Shown one piece after another: positions 12,210 through 24,752 of a stretch of DNA of 64,000 nt (positions are counted from its first letter, which is position 1; every line of letters starts with the position of its first letter). The notes beneath the pieces are model-generated. The model saw nothing but the letters and a program-made list of their open reading frames with translations. It did not search any database and had not been told where the DNA came from. The DNA lies in assembly GCA_965113315.1 (NCBI GenBank), contig OZ220364.1, one strand, 5' to 3'. Source of the stretch: Podarcis vaucheri (Eukaryota). The translations under genes were made by a program, and so were the position numbers.

Positions 12210-15200
12210 CAAATTAGGAGTCCCTCATTTAAAGTTTCCCCGTTGACTCCCCTCACCCTCCTATAACTGTAAAATCTAGAGCCTTTGTCCTTTATAAAAG
12301 CCCATAAAAGTCTTCAATGTCACATACTTCCATGACTCCATGAGTGGTCTTTATGAAAAGAGTCAAACAAAATCAGAAATCGTATGCTAAAATCATAACC
12401 TGGCAATATGCAACACTTTTGACACAAACCATGCATGTTCTTTAGTACTAGCCATAGCCTTCTAAAATGAATAAAATGCAAAATGCCTTTATGTACCCCA
12501 ACACTGCTTGGCACCATCTGAAGGCCAGGAAGCAAACTGATTTAACTTTGTTCTCCGGGGGAAGAACCTTATGTTTAAATTTGCATTGTGAAAGGTTAGT
12601 GCATAGAAGAGCTTAGAGCAGGCTCCAATGCTATGGCCATCCAGCAAGATAGAGGGAGAGATAGAAACCATTCCACAAAACACATACACAGCTAAGCCAA
12701 TGTTCAAGAGAATTTTTAAGCATCTCCTGTTTAATCACCCTTTCCTGCTGCCAATTGACATTCCAACGAACTACTTATAAATATTTAATATTTTTTTTAA
12801 AGAAAAAAACCTTCCTTTTTGTGGCAAAGTTTTTAAAAGACCATTAAAATTAACCAAATTATATACACTGGTCTAAACAAAGGCAGCCCAGAGATGCCAA
12901 ATTTAAAATTATATCAAATGCTTTTTAATGTGACCCAGATAAATACTTTACAATTACAAGATGGAACACTGCTGCCCTGGGGGAAATAGAGAACAATATA
13001 TTTCAGAGGCCAGATACCCAGGGGATTAAGGATTTACACTCCACTAATCTTACACTAATCCACATACAGCAAGCATGGAATGAAGAACACCGCAAAGTCA
13101 AATTACATCCTAAACAACTACTCTGAGCCATGCAGATGGGATGTCCCTCGGGAGATTGAACTGGGTGGCTAAAGATGTTCAGATAAAAGGATGCAGAAGG
13201 AATAACAAGGACATGAGGCTTGGGGGTGGGCCATTCTTTAATAATAAGACTGCCCTGGTCCCCTCAAAGCATACATACACAAATGCTGAACCTCGCCATT
13301 TCTCTTTGCATAACAACATGGATGAGAATTCTTAACAGCTGAGTTGATTTCCACTCCTGGCCACAATGTTTAATCGAAATCTCTTTAAAGGTTCAAGCAC
13401 TGTTTGTCCTGTGCCTCTGAATGGAGGCTAGAGAAATTAAAGACTGGTGGCAATGGTGCACTTACTCAGTTGCATACATGGGAGTTAATGGTCATATGTG
13501 AGTGGAGGCGCATTAGATAGTAATGTGCATAGTTTCACCTGATGCTTTTTTGGGGGGGGGGAGCTCCTGCTCATTCTGCTTACTGAGCCCCAGGACTGCC
13601 ATACCCAAGTTCTGTAATGAGTCAATACTAACTGCGAAGCACATCATTTTCCCCACCCCAATTTCCCTATTATTCACTATAGGAAAGGCAGGTATTTCCC
13701 ACTGCCTGTGGTGGGATCAGTTCCTGGGATGTGAAGGCCTTTGGGTGATCCCTATAGTCTCCTCACCCTCAGCTGAATCTGCCAGAGGCAGGAGCAGTCA
13801 TATACAGGCTGATATCAGCATCAAATTTTGAGGGCATGATTATTATAATTTTTTTTTTGGGGGGGGGGAGACACCAATAGCAGTAAAGGAACACAGAGAG
13901 CTTTATCCAGTGGTAGCTGGTAACATTTTGACTTGGGAGGGATGCAATTTTTAACCTTGTGTTTTCATCACAATCTGACTTATTTAGGAAAGTGTACCAT
14001 TGTCTCCTCACTTAAAGAAAAAAGATCCTCTACACATCAATGTACCAGGGAAGAGCTTCCATATAAGAGGGCCCAGGTATGATTTTCAGGCAAAATTGGC
14101 TCAGTACCTTTTATTAGATATTAAGCCATATCACACGATGTACGTTTTTGAATTCATGTATTGTTTACATCTACAGATGCATTAGATTCCCAACCCCCGC
14201 AAAGTGCTTATCAGTTCACCTTTATCAAAAACTACATGGAAGAGCTGAATTCTTCCAAACAAGGATGGGGGGGGGGGAAATGCCTAGCTTGTGCTTCACA
14301 AAGGTGTAGAATGATGACTTTCCACAGCTGATGATGGAAGGCTGTATGACAACCCACATTTTAACAGAATGGTGTCTTTTCAAAGACATGCTAAAGTAAT
14401 AGCTCTGTTACTTGAATAGTGGACACCCTAGGACCAGGTGCATTCTGTGGTTGAATCCATCTTGGCTGAAAGGATTTGCTCCTTTATTAAAAGGTAGCAT
14501 CTCTTCAGTCAGGTCTTAACAATCTTTCTGGAAATAAGTGGAGGTGCTCAGGCTGCAACAAATTAGCTGTGCAGGTTTGGATCAAGGGGCACATGCTATT
14601 GAATAACTGACCCACAGAAGAGGCATGGCTTGCAGCCATTGCTACCATGGTTCAATCTTCTTGGCTCCAAAATGTATCCCTCAGGCAATTTTGAAAGAAC
14701 CCAAAGAAAGGAGGACAAAGGATCACATTCATTTTAATATGTCATAGAGTCAATCAGGCTGTTCTTCAATGACAAACTTAGAAAATGGGGAATAAATTCT
14801 AATTTGCAGAAAGAAATTTTTGTGTTAGCCAGTAAGAGGTTTTTAAAAGGTAGATGCCACTTATTGGTGGGGGGGGGGTGAGAGAGACAACTAACTCCCA
14901 AGAATTTGGCAACTCCCCTTCATTGTAAAAAATTAAAAATAGCCCAAAGCATCTGTCAGATGGTTTAGATATAATTCACTTTGCTTTCCTGAAGGGGCAT
15001 GGATATGATGATCTCCCAGGGTCCCATCTGTAACTCCATAAAATGCTTCTAACACAAGATCTGTAGCAGCATTGCTAAGTATTATTACTGTTACCGTTAA
15101 TATCAGAGCACGATAAGGAGAGAAATGTCAGTTACCTTAGAAACCCACAGAGGAGTAATTTTTCTGATTCATATCAGCTGCAGAAATGATGTTTTAAAAT

Positions 15201-16124
15201 TGCACACAGACCTGCAGCTTCGGCTGCATAAGCAGAAGCAGATGTTAGAAACAAGAAGCCAGGGTGAAGTCTACCCCTGTGGGTACATACAGCTCAACAT
15301 AAAAGAGCAGCTAACTTAAGGGGAATATTTCATTGCTACCTAAACTACCATCCAAGCTCAGAATGTGTATGTTACTGCCACTGCTACATGCACCAGACTC
15401 TCATTAACCTCACAAACAGCTGTGCTGCTTTCTCTTTCAAGCTGTCAAATCTGTTGCTTGATTTGCTTTCCAGACCATGTGCCTTTGCAAAAACAGCTTC
15501 CATGTATAGCCTCTCTTCCCCCACCCACTCACCCCAAAGCACACACCATGCCTTGACTTGTGTTCACAGTGGCCTTTGGATTGGAGCAACACTTTCGCTC
15601 ACAGTGGCATATGTCCTGTGAAACCACATATGTCGTGAAATCAACGTTTTTGGCCTGCCATAAAACTGCACCCTTTGCTAGGCGGCAGAATCCTCTGTAA
15701 CATGCTCATCAATGGAGCTTACTCACAAGTAAGCATGCATAGATCTACAAATTAGCAACCCTTCCTGCCAATTCCAGATGTGGTCATTGGGTGTGGGTGT
15801 TAACTAGGCAAGAGGGGTGTTTTTATTACTACACATGTTCCAAAGCTAAGTATTAGTATTTAAAATAGGTACTGGGATGAAATATTGGCTGCTTCTGAGA
15901 ACCTCAGCCATGCTGTCTTTATAAGTATCATCCTAGCACCTTGATCCCAGAAAATCCCATTGCTTGCAAGCAGGCTATCAAGCAGTGACTTCTGGTACCC
16001 AGGGAAAGGCGGCCGTAATTTGAAATTAATGACCTCAGTTTGGATTGATCAGTGAGGGATCCTCCCTTGAGAATATGCAAACACCTCTCTGTTCTGTGTG
16101 ACACCTAACCTAAGTCATTCCAGA

Positions 16125-16150
16125 GTGTGTGTGTGCGCGCGCGCACACAC
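16125..16150. repeat. (GT)5(GC)5(AC)3 alternating purine-pyrimidine tract
   Basis: Direct; the central 22 nt are self-complementary. Confidence 0.9.
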
Positions 16151-16503
16151 CCACACCCACACACCATTTTCATCCACTTAGAACTCTGACTGAGAAACTG
16201 TATGCCTGAAACATTTTCACTTCCACTGGTAGCCGCATAAGAAGTCACAAGCATAACTTAAGGTTAGAACCCTCCAGCAGGCATCTGCACAAGGTAAGGT
16301 ACTCTATTTTCACACTAAATACCTGTAGTGGGAAACCTGAAATCCAGCTGCATGCACAGTTCAATCCTCTAGTGTCTTCTCCTCATTTGTTCTAGGTTAA
16401 CACCTCCCACAGGAGTCTGAACATTTCCCTCCTCATTTTGACTGTTTTGTTTCTACCACCTCTTCCCCAGTGTCTTCTTGCTTTCCATTTTTGTTTTGTT
16501 GTA

Positions 16504-16983
16504 CAGTGGTACCTCGGGTTAAGAACTTACCGTATTTTTCGCTCTATAAGACGCACCAGACCACAAGACGCACCTAGTTTTTAGAGGAGGAAAACAAGAA
16601 AAAAAATATTCTGAATCTCAGAAGCCAGAACAGCAAGAGGGATCGCTGCGCAGCAAAAGCAGCGATCCCTCTTGCTGTTCTGGCTTCTTTATAGCTGTGC
16701 AGCCTGCATTCGCTCCATAAGACGCACACACATTTCCCCTTACTTTTTAGGAGGGAAAAAGTGAGTCTTATAGAGCAAAAAATACGGTAATTTGTTCTGG
16801 AGGTCCGTTCTTAAACTGTTCTTAACCTAGAGGCCTCCTGCTGCTGCTGCCGCACCACCGCCGCGTGATTTCTGTTCTCACCCTGAAGCAAAGTTCTTAA
16901 CCCGAGGTACTATTTCTGGGTTAGTGGTGTCTGTAATCTGAAGCGTCTGTAACCTGAAGTGTCTGTAACCCGAGGTACCACTG
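16504..16983 (+). mobile_element. Tigger/pogo-like MITE (CAGTGGTACCTCGGGTT TIR) containing a nested MITE
   Basis: TIRs and TA flanks. Removing 16530-16789 restores AAGAACTTAATT(T/C)GTTCTGGAGG, as seen in the sister copies. Confidence 0.9.
16530..16787. mobile_element. Tc2/pogo-like MITE nested in the Tigger-like MITE
   Basis: TIR CCGTATTTTTCGCTCTATAAGAC / GTCTTATAGAGCAAAAAATACGG; TA TSD at 16528 and 16788. Confidence 0.9.
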
Positions 16984-17506
16984 TACTCAGTTTAGTCAAA
17001 GATTCTAGGAAGCATACAGCTTCATGATCCATTTCAGGAAGTCTCTTACTACTTCAAGGGCCAGCAGGACCCAGCTAACCCCCAGGAGAAACTGTCTAAG
17101 CAGCTCTGTTGGCTTGGGGCCTAAGATAAACCACAAACATCCCAAGATGCCTCCCTCTCCATCACCACCCCTTGGCTCTAGGAGAGATAGTATCTCCTCC
17201 CCCCCCCCCCAGTTTCTAGATTTGTGGTTCTCCAATTCTCAAGCAAGTTAGCCATGCTAGCTAAGAGTTAGCAAGAGGGTTTTTTTCTCCAGCCTTTCCT
17301 CTCTAACCTAATTTTATTTCCACCATCTGTCTCTGACATTAATAATAATAATAATGATGATGATGATGATCTACTCCTTTCCTTTCACCATATGTGGCAT
17401 TAGGATTGTTCTACCTCTGCCACCTTTTAAGCCGAACTCCAGGGACTCAGCTAGATTGGCAAAGAAAAAGTGATTTGTATGTGTTGTATATGCGATATAA
17501 CACTGT

Positions 17507-17522
17507 GCCACCAGATGGCCCG
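17507..17522 (+). promoter_or_regulatory. Putative CTCF-binding motif
   Basis: GCCACCAGATGGCCCG resembles the CTCF core CCACCAG(A/G)(T/G)GGC. Motif match only. Confidence 0.3.
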
Positions 17523-17692
17523 TTTTTCCCTACCGGTTTCTCTATTTAAATTTACGTGTTTAGCTGAAACGCTTCTTTGATGTGTCTAGATCCATCCCAG
17601 ATTTACCCATCCAGTTTAAATGTTACATATATAGCCAATCTTTTATTTTTGTAACAATCTGTATGTGGGGTACCAGGAATCATCAAGTTTAT

Positions 17693-17717
17693 TAAATAAA
17701 TAAATAAATAAATAAAT
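17693..17717. repeat. (TAAA)n microsatellite, probable retroposon tail
   Basis: Direct. Confidence 0.8.
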
Positions 17718-18544
17718 GCAAGCTTAATTTGATTCTAAGCTTTGGGTTGTTGATATAAGCGCAATATATGTGTTTGCTATGCCTCAGTGGTACTGTGACT
17801 CAAGATGCAAAAACAGATGCTTTGGTTGGGCACATGAGTATCCATGTACATACATGGAGAAGGATATGGGGTAGCAATTTCAGATTAAGTTTGAAATTAG
17901 GCCACAGAGATTTCAGATGGCATTTACCCTAGACACCAAGACAATTTTTGTTCCCGGAGATGGAGATGGAAATACAGTGAGAAGGAAACCTACACATGTT
18001 GCTACTCTGCCAAGCAGCTTTTGAAAACACAAGGACCCCAGACTGTACATCACAACTGATTTTGATCAACAGGAACTGTTTTTACTTCAGCTGTTTGCCT
18101 GTTCTCATTATAACTGGCAGATAGGGACCCCTCTCCATCCAACTGTTGTGTACTGCATCTCAGCTGTCTTCATGATAGGGGCACATGAGACAACAGGTTT
18201 GGTGTCATCATGCCATGCTTGAGGCAGAGAGCCTGTATCTTTTTGACCATGCCTTACCCATAAAGCACTACAAAGAGTAAGAGCGAATGGCTCTGGAATA
18301 AAAGTGTTTCCCTCACTTCCTACCCAGACTGGTTACTGCTGGTGTGATGACAATGCCAACAGTCTGGCTACCATGGAAGGGGGAGCCAGATAACAAGGTG
18401 TTCTAAGGCACTGACCAGAAGGTGCTGGCAATTATCCTTCTCTATATATGGTGGGCATAGCTGGATGAGATGAAGGCAAAATGTCAGTTACCTTGAGGCA
18501 AAGATTGGTCAGACAGTAGAGGCTTCTGGTCTAGGTACCATACA

Positions 18545-19680
18545 CAGGCCCAGATTAAAGAAACTGGAGGCCCTGGGCAGCCCAAACAATAGCATCTGAT
18601 CATGAGAAAAACACATTGCTTTTTTATCTACTCAATGAAAATAGAACATTGCTGATACTTTAGCAATGATAAAAATATTGTTTATAAATTTATAACCTTT
18701 AATAAGTTTACAAAAGTATGTAATTAACATTCACACAAATCATTCATAGGTGAATCATAGCTATGTTATAATATTACACTATATACAAAGTCAGAACAAT
18801 TTCTTTTGATCTCTTTTGGATGCAAACTTATCAATTATATCATTAAAATCAGTAAGTTGCAGCTTATCATTTTCTATGCAGAGAACGATTAGATCGAACA
18901 ACTGATCTTGGGACGTTGTTGACCATAGATCATTCTTTATCCTTTTTAGACTAGAAAATGATATTTCGCCAGTACAGTTTGTAACCATTAAACACAGGAA
19001 TAATCTGAAAATTGTTTCCACATTTGGAAAAGCTGTCCAAATTTTCCCCTGGAATATTATTTGATACATATCTTGGTGGCTGATTTTTTCTTTTTCAGGG
19101 TGAGCTTGTTTGATGTACAGGTGGAAGTACAAGAGTTCATCAACTAGACTAAGGTCAACATCCTTTGGATACTCTTGCATCAACATCTCAACACCATTGT
19201 GAATCTGTTCTTTGGTTGCTTGCAAGCTCACCAAAAATGAAAAATTGCTAGCTACACTCCTATACTCTGTTGCTCTTCTGTCTAGGTAGGCTTCAAGAGC
19301 ATCCATGACAGGGATAAATGAATTTACCCCCAAAATTGTCTCTTGGAGAAAGTTCATCTAAGGCTTTGGGTGCTATCCCATCTTGGTTTTTTGTGCTCTC
19401 TGGTAGAGTAAATTTTGCTTGCTGTTCAATTTCATCAAAATTAGCCCAAGTGTTTGATACAAACTTTAATATAGTGAACCGTAAATATTTGCAGTATGTG
19501 CTCAATGAAACTTGTGAACTTTGGAGTGCCTTGCTAACTTTATGAAATTAGTCTCACAAATGTGTCCAAAGGGGAAGCATGAAAATGAATTCAAATTCTT
19601 ACATTTTCTGCAGAAGATTTTCAGCTAGCACTCAACTGGTAATCCATCACTAGGCGAAACATCTAACAATGGCAGTAAGT
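18545..19680 (-). mobile_element. hAT (Tip100/ZMYM1-like) DNA transposon 3' part with transposase C-terminus, inactivated
   Basis: ORF 18791-19357 ends in a hATC dimerization motif (FPNVETIFRLFLCLMVTNCTGEISFSSLKRIKN..LCIEND). Frameshifted upstream pieces include FHKVSKALQS. TIR-like CAGGCCCAGATTAA at 18545. Confidence 0.9.
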
Positions 19681-21474
19681 TGATTAACATGGGAAACATT
19701 GGGAGTTGAATGGACTCTAGTTCCCACTGTATGTTACCATTGGCCATGCTGATTGGGGCCAATGGGAATTTGAGTCCAGCAATATCTGGAGGGCCACAGG
19801 TTCCTGAGTGCTAAATTAGGCAAATACGTATACAAGACACACAGGGTTCCTTACCTGCAGTTAACCTCACATTTAAATAAAAGTTAATGCATGACACACT
19901 TAGGCAGAATTCACAAGAGAGTACTAGGATTTAAATATATGATTTGTACTTTCTTCTGTATGCTTCCATAATGAGCAACTCTGGAAGAAAATGGTACTAC
20001 TTAAGTCACTGTCCAGACTCAGAAAACCTAAGTTCAGAAATCTAGCAGGTGAAAATCACTTAGAATTAATGCTGCTTCAGTTTGCAACATGTGTTGTGAA
20101 CTGGACCATGTTCTTTTATTTCTCTATCATGATGCTGAAATATTCAAGACAGACAATGGAAAGAGGTGGCCATCTGACAGGATGTCCCAGGAAGCAAAGG
20201 TTGCTCTGTTTGCAGACCTAGAACTTTCTGGTCCATCAACCACCACCACTTCACTTCTGCTACCTATGCCTAGGTAGCTTCAGCTATTGTGGCCAGTTCT
20301 CCGCTCCTGCTCTTTTTAAACTCTCATGCTTCAAGCTTGTCTTCATTCTTTCCCCTTGCTCTGTTTTCTAAACAAAGCTGTGGAGGGGCAAAGAAAAAGG
20401 CTGGTGCTTATTCAGTGGAAACTCCATTGATTACTCTGTGTGGTACCTTTCTGACATCAAGGACACCTTTGGTACAGGGGAAAATCTGGGTTCTATCAGC
20501 TCTTATAAGCAAGTGTTTCGAAAGGTTTACAGAAAAGTAAAGTAAACAGAGCTCTGAGTAACAAAAGAGTCCCGTTTATGCATTCTTTGATTCACTGTAA
20601 AGGATGGTGTAAACTGACTTTTTAACCAAGCATTAGGCAAGCATTTGGGCCCACGCCATTCCATAATAAACAGTGACATGGCTATATTAAAATATTTACT
20701 TAATGCACGGCCGTGACTTATAGTATGAGTGGCTACTCAATAGAATGTCCTGAGTGCTAAGGCGTCAGGTGCCACTGCCTGTATAAATATTCTGTGTGCA
20801 CTTGTTTATAGGAAAACCCCATCTGGATTTGGCTAGAAACAGCAGACACCCTGGTGACCCCAGTTTTTGCTATTGGAAAATATAACACAAATGTTCGTTC
20901 ATCCAGAGTAACAGCAGCAGTTAAGTGCCATCTGACAGAATGAAGGGTATTGGCTTTTCTCAATAAGAAGCAAGACCTGAGACGGAAATGTTTTCACAAT
21001 AACAACTCCTAGGGAATTGCATCCTTCCTTAGAACATACACAATGGACACCCCCATATCTCACCAAGCCCCATTACTAGAATAGTATCTCTGGAGATGCT
21101 ACAAGGAATGACCGAAAAGTATTGGATGGCAAGAAGTATAATTTGGAAGTACTGTATAATTAGTTCCAAGGTATTTTAGTCTATTCTATTTGCCCACCTG
21201 CCCATGGCAAAAAGAAAACTGCATCTTAGTGTCTTCTCACCATGAAGGCAGTCTGATAGTTTGCAGCCTTCCTCAACCATTGTATACAACAGCAAGACAG
21301 GAAGCAGAATGCAAGAGAAAGAATGAGCCACAGATAATGCTAATGGGTCACTTGTACAAAATATGTCACCAGGAATGGGAAATGGTATGGACATAACATA
21401 TACAAAAAGAGGTTTGAAGAGACACTTTGATCAATATACAACTGCCGTCTTTCAGATCCTCTGCTACCTCTAGG

Positions 21475-21826
21475 TAAAGGTAAAGGGACCCCTGACCATT
21501 AGGTCCAGTCGTGACCGACTCTGGGGTTGCGGCGTTCATCTCACTTTATTGGCCGAGGGAGCCGGCGTACAGCTTCCGGGTCATGTGGCCAGCATGACTA
21601 AGCCGCTTCTGGCGAACAAGAGCAGCGCACGGAAATGCCGTTTACCTTCCTGCTGGAGCGGTACCTATTTATCTACTTGCACTTTGACGTGCTTTCAAAC
21701 TGTTAGGTTGGCAGGAGCAGGGACTGAGCAATGGGAGTTCACCCTGTCCCGGGGATTCAAACCGCCAACCTTCTGATCAGCAAGTCCTAGGCTCTGTGGT
21801 TTAACCCACAGCACCACCCGCGTCCC
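21475..21826 (-). mobile_element. Sauria SINE (Squam1), full length
   Basis: Reverse-complement head GGGACGCGGGTGG.., (AAAGGT)n tail, and ~15-bp TSD TCTGCTACCTCTAGG at 21460 and 21827. Confidence 0.95.
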
Positions 21827-22130
21827 TCTGCTACCTCTAGGGAAACCTTAAATGAATTTTACATATTTAAAAGACAAAAAAGGTAATTCCAATTATGATT
21901 TTTTTCTGCATTTCTTACTGTACATATGAAAACACAGAGGATATAAGCAGCAATACTTGAAATAGCTTTATATTTTACTTTTAATATTAACAACATTTTA
22001 TTCCCACTCTTCCTCAATTGTATCCTCACACCAACCCTAAGTGGTAGGTTATGCTGAGAAAAAGCAACTGGATCCAGGCCACTTGAGATCTCCCTGCTTC
22101 AAAGCTGAAAGATAACTTAAGGAACTACAC

Positions 22131-22380
22131 CAGGGGTCAGCAAACTTTTTCAGCAGAGGGCCGGTCCACCGTCCCTCAAACCATGTGGTGGGCCGGACTA
22201 TATTTGAAGGAAAAAAATGAATGAATTCCTACGCCCCACAAATAACCCAGAGATGCATTTTAAATAAAAGGACACATTCTACTCATGTAAAAACACGCTT
22301 ATTCCCGGACCGTCCACGGGCCGGATTTAGAAGGCGATTGGGCTGGATCTGACCACCGGGCCTTAGTTTGCCTACCCAAG
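22131..22380 (+). mobile_element. hAT Charlie-like MITE, ~250 bp family
   Basis: CAGGGGTCAGCAAAC..GTTTGCCTACCCAAG with perfect TSD AACTACAC. Four copies occur in the window. Confidence 0.92.
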
Positions 22381-24044
22381 AACTACACTGTAAAGGCTTG
22401 CTTAGTACATAGGACAACCCTGCTGCCTCTGAATCTTGTCTCTGTATGTTACATTTGTATCCTACCTTTCTTACAAAGCAACAAAGAACAGCACTCATAA
22501 CAACTCTGTAAGTTAGTTGAGAGATGGCATTTTGACAAAGGTCACACAATAATCAGGGGTTGTAACTTTGATTTCCTCCATACAAACCCGTAATTCTAGC
22601 AATGGCACTAGATTGTAAGGTGCAAGACTGCAAAGCTATATACAATATGTATGTGACATGTTCCAGTTTGCAAATGAAATTTTTCATTGGGTGAAGCTAT
22701 CATATTACTGAATCAAACCCTATCATCACAATTTTTGGCAAATGATTGTGATTTCACATATCAATATTTTTTTCACCACTATCTAGTGATATGTGCAGAA
22801 TTACCTTTGGGAAACTAGATGTCTGACATGCTGTGGATTTCAAAACTACTAAGTCTAGATCCCCATGGATCACTTTCCATAGTACCTGAGAAAGCCACAG
22901 TGAGATCACTGGGATGACAGCTCACCCTAAATGCAAAATTGATGGTTTGCTAAATATCAGGTGTAAACAAATGGGGAAACAATCCTCATTCTTAATTATT
23001 CTGCTACTCCAGATCTTAGTACACACTTAGTTCACACTCAGTGTTAATGAAAAATAAAATAAAATGTAGGTTTATTTAGTGATCAGTGAACCAGAGTTGT
23101 CAGGGATGGCTGATTTTCACACCTAATCAATACAGAGAGGGCAATGAAAATAGCTGGTGGAAGATACAGTGGAAGCATGGTCCTCCTTATTGACCAACAC
23201 TGCTTACAAGAAAGCTTGCAAGGTTCAGGCTATTTGATAATTTCATGCACCACAAGAAAAAAAAACATGGCTGTGAGAAGGCTGTAATCCTATGCACACC
23301 TCCACTGAGCTGTGTGGTACTTACTTCCAAGTAAACAGACAGGATTGCACTGCACTTTTCTGCTTCTGAATGCGTAACTTACTCTCTTTCACTTTCAAAA
23401 CAAAACAATTACAAATGCTGAGGTTTGCAAAAACTGCTCCATCTGATGTAAGCCCCCCCCCCTTGAGTATTCCTTTCACTTTTCTCTCCAGGCCTTTAAT
23501 TATATAACAAACTCACACAGTATAAATACAATCCCGACTTGCATATCCTGTGGGAGAACTTAGTATTGCAAACCTGACTGAAAAATGCTGGCATGCTGGC
23601 CATGCGTTTCAGCCGTGTGTTGCTCTATCTTTATGAGTAGTATAGTTTAGTCTAGGGCCCTTTCTGTTGAATAACATGAGCACAATCAGGACACAAATAT
23701 GATAGCAGGCTTACCCTTTTCCCTCTCCCTCTCTTTTGCTGGGGCTGTGCATTTATGCACCCACTGAGCTCTTGAGCACTAACAATGCTTCGTCTAAGAC
23801 TCTGGAAGCTGCACCACATCAGAGATGTGGCTTCCGTCACCCTCAAAAAGTGTGATGTGTTTGCCAACATTGTTACTGAGAAATTATAAAGGTCTTTCCA
23901 TTACCGTCACCCTTGATGCGTGGAGCAAATGCAAGAAGCTGGCATGAACAGTGGACACTAAACAGGTCTAGTGAGTTATTGGCAGTCAAAGGCCAGGTTG
24001 TGGCATTGTGCCACTAGCATTTGGTGGGGATGGGTGCAGGGCAC

Positions 24045-24046
<2 letters not shown>

Positions 24047-24081
<35 letters not shown>

Positions 24082-24082
24082 T
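24047..24082. repeat. (GT)n microsatellite
   Basis: Direct. Confidence 0.95.
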
Positions 24083-24581
24083 GTTACAAGACAGTTCTGC
24101 ACTATCTCAGTGAAAGGAGAGTGTGCAAGGCACCACTATAAAAAACGCTTCTCTCTTCCACTTATGTTCATACATTACACATAAAACACAAGTCCTCCAA
24201 AACTTCACTGGGCATCATGCAGGTGATGTTTTCTCTATCTAGAGCAATTGCCTTTGGACTAAGCTTCAAAGACCCCAGAAAGAATATTTGTGCTGCAGAT
24301 TTATGCTGGCTTAACCATTTTGGCTTCTACTGAAAAATCTGAATTTGCTGCAGATACTGAGAATTCTCCTCTCACAGACCACGGTTTCCAGGACTCTCAG
24401 AAGAGAAGAACTGCATATGACAACCCACTTAAATATTTCCTACCCATAGTTGCATGAGCCTCCCCCCCTCCTCAAGCCCACACTTCCCATACTTGATTAG
24501 TCCCAGATTATAAGCCAAACCTGAACTCACATTCCCCCCCCCCCATTCGAACAATGTATTTGTTTGCCTGATTTCACAAGT

Positions 24582-24752
24582 TTAGAAAAAGATTTGCAGT
24601 ATTTTTCCTCCTGTGTGCTTTCACCTAGCTTCCTTGTGGCCCATGATGCCAGCTGAAGTTGTCAGCACAATATACCCAAACTGACATGAAGGTAGCAGGT
24701 TGTTCTGCCACTTTTCCAAATCCTTCAGCTGGACTTCAAATCTGGGGCTGAT
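24582..24752 (-). pseudogene. RPS15A: 5'-truncated processed pseudogene of 40S ribosomal protein S15a
   Basis: Translates [55 protein letters not shown], versus RPS15[57 protein letters not shown]. It has a premature TGA and no N-terminal half. Confidence 0.93.
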
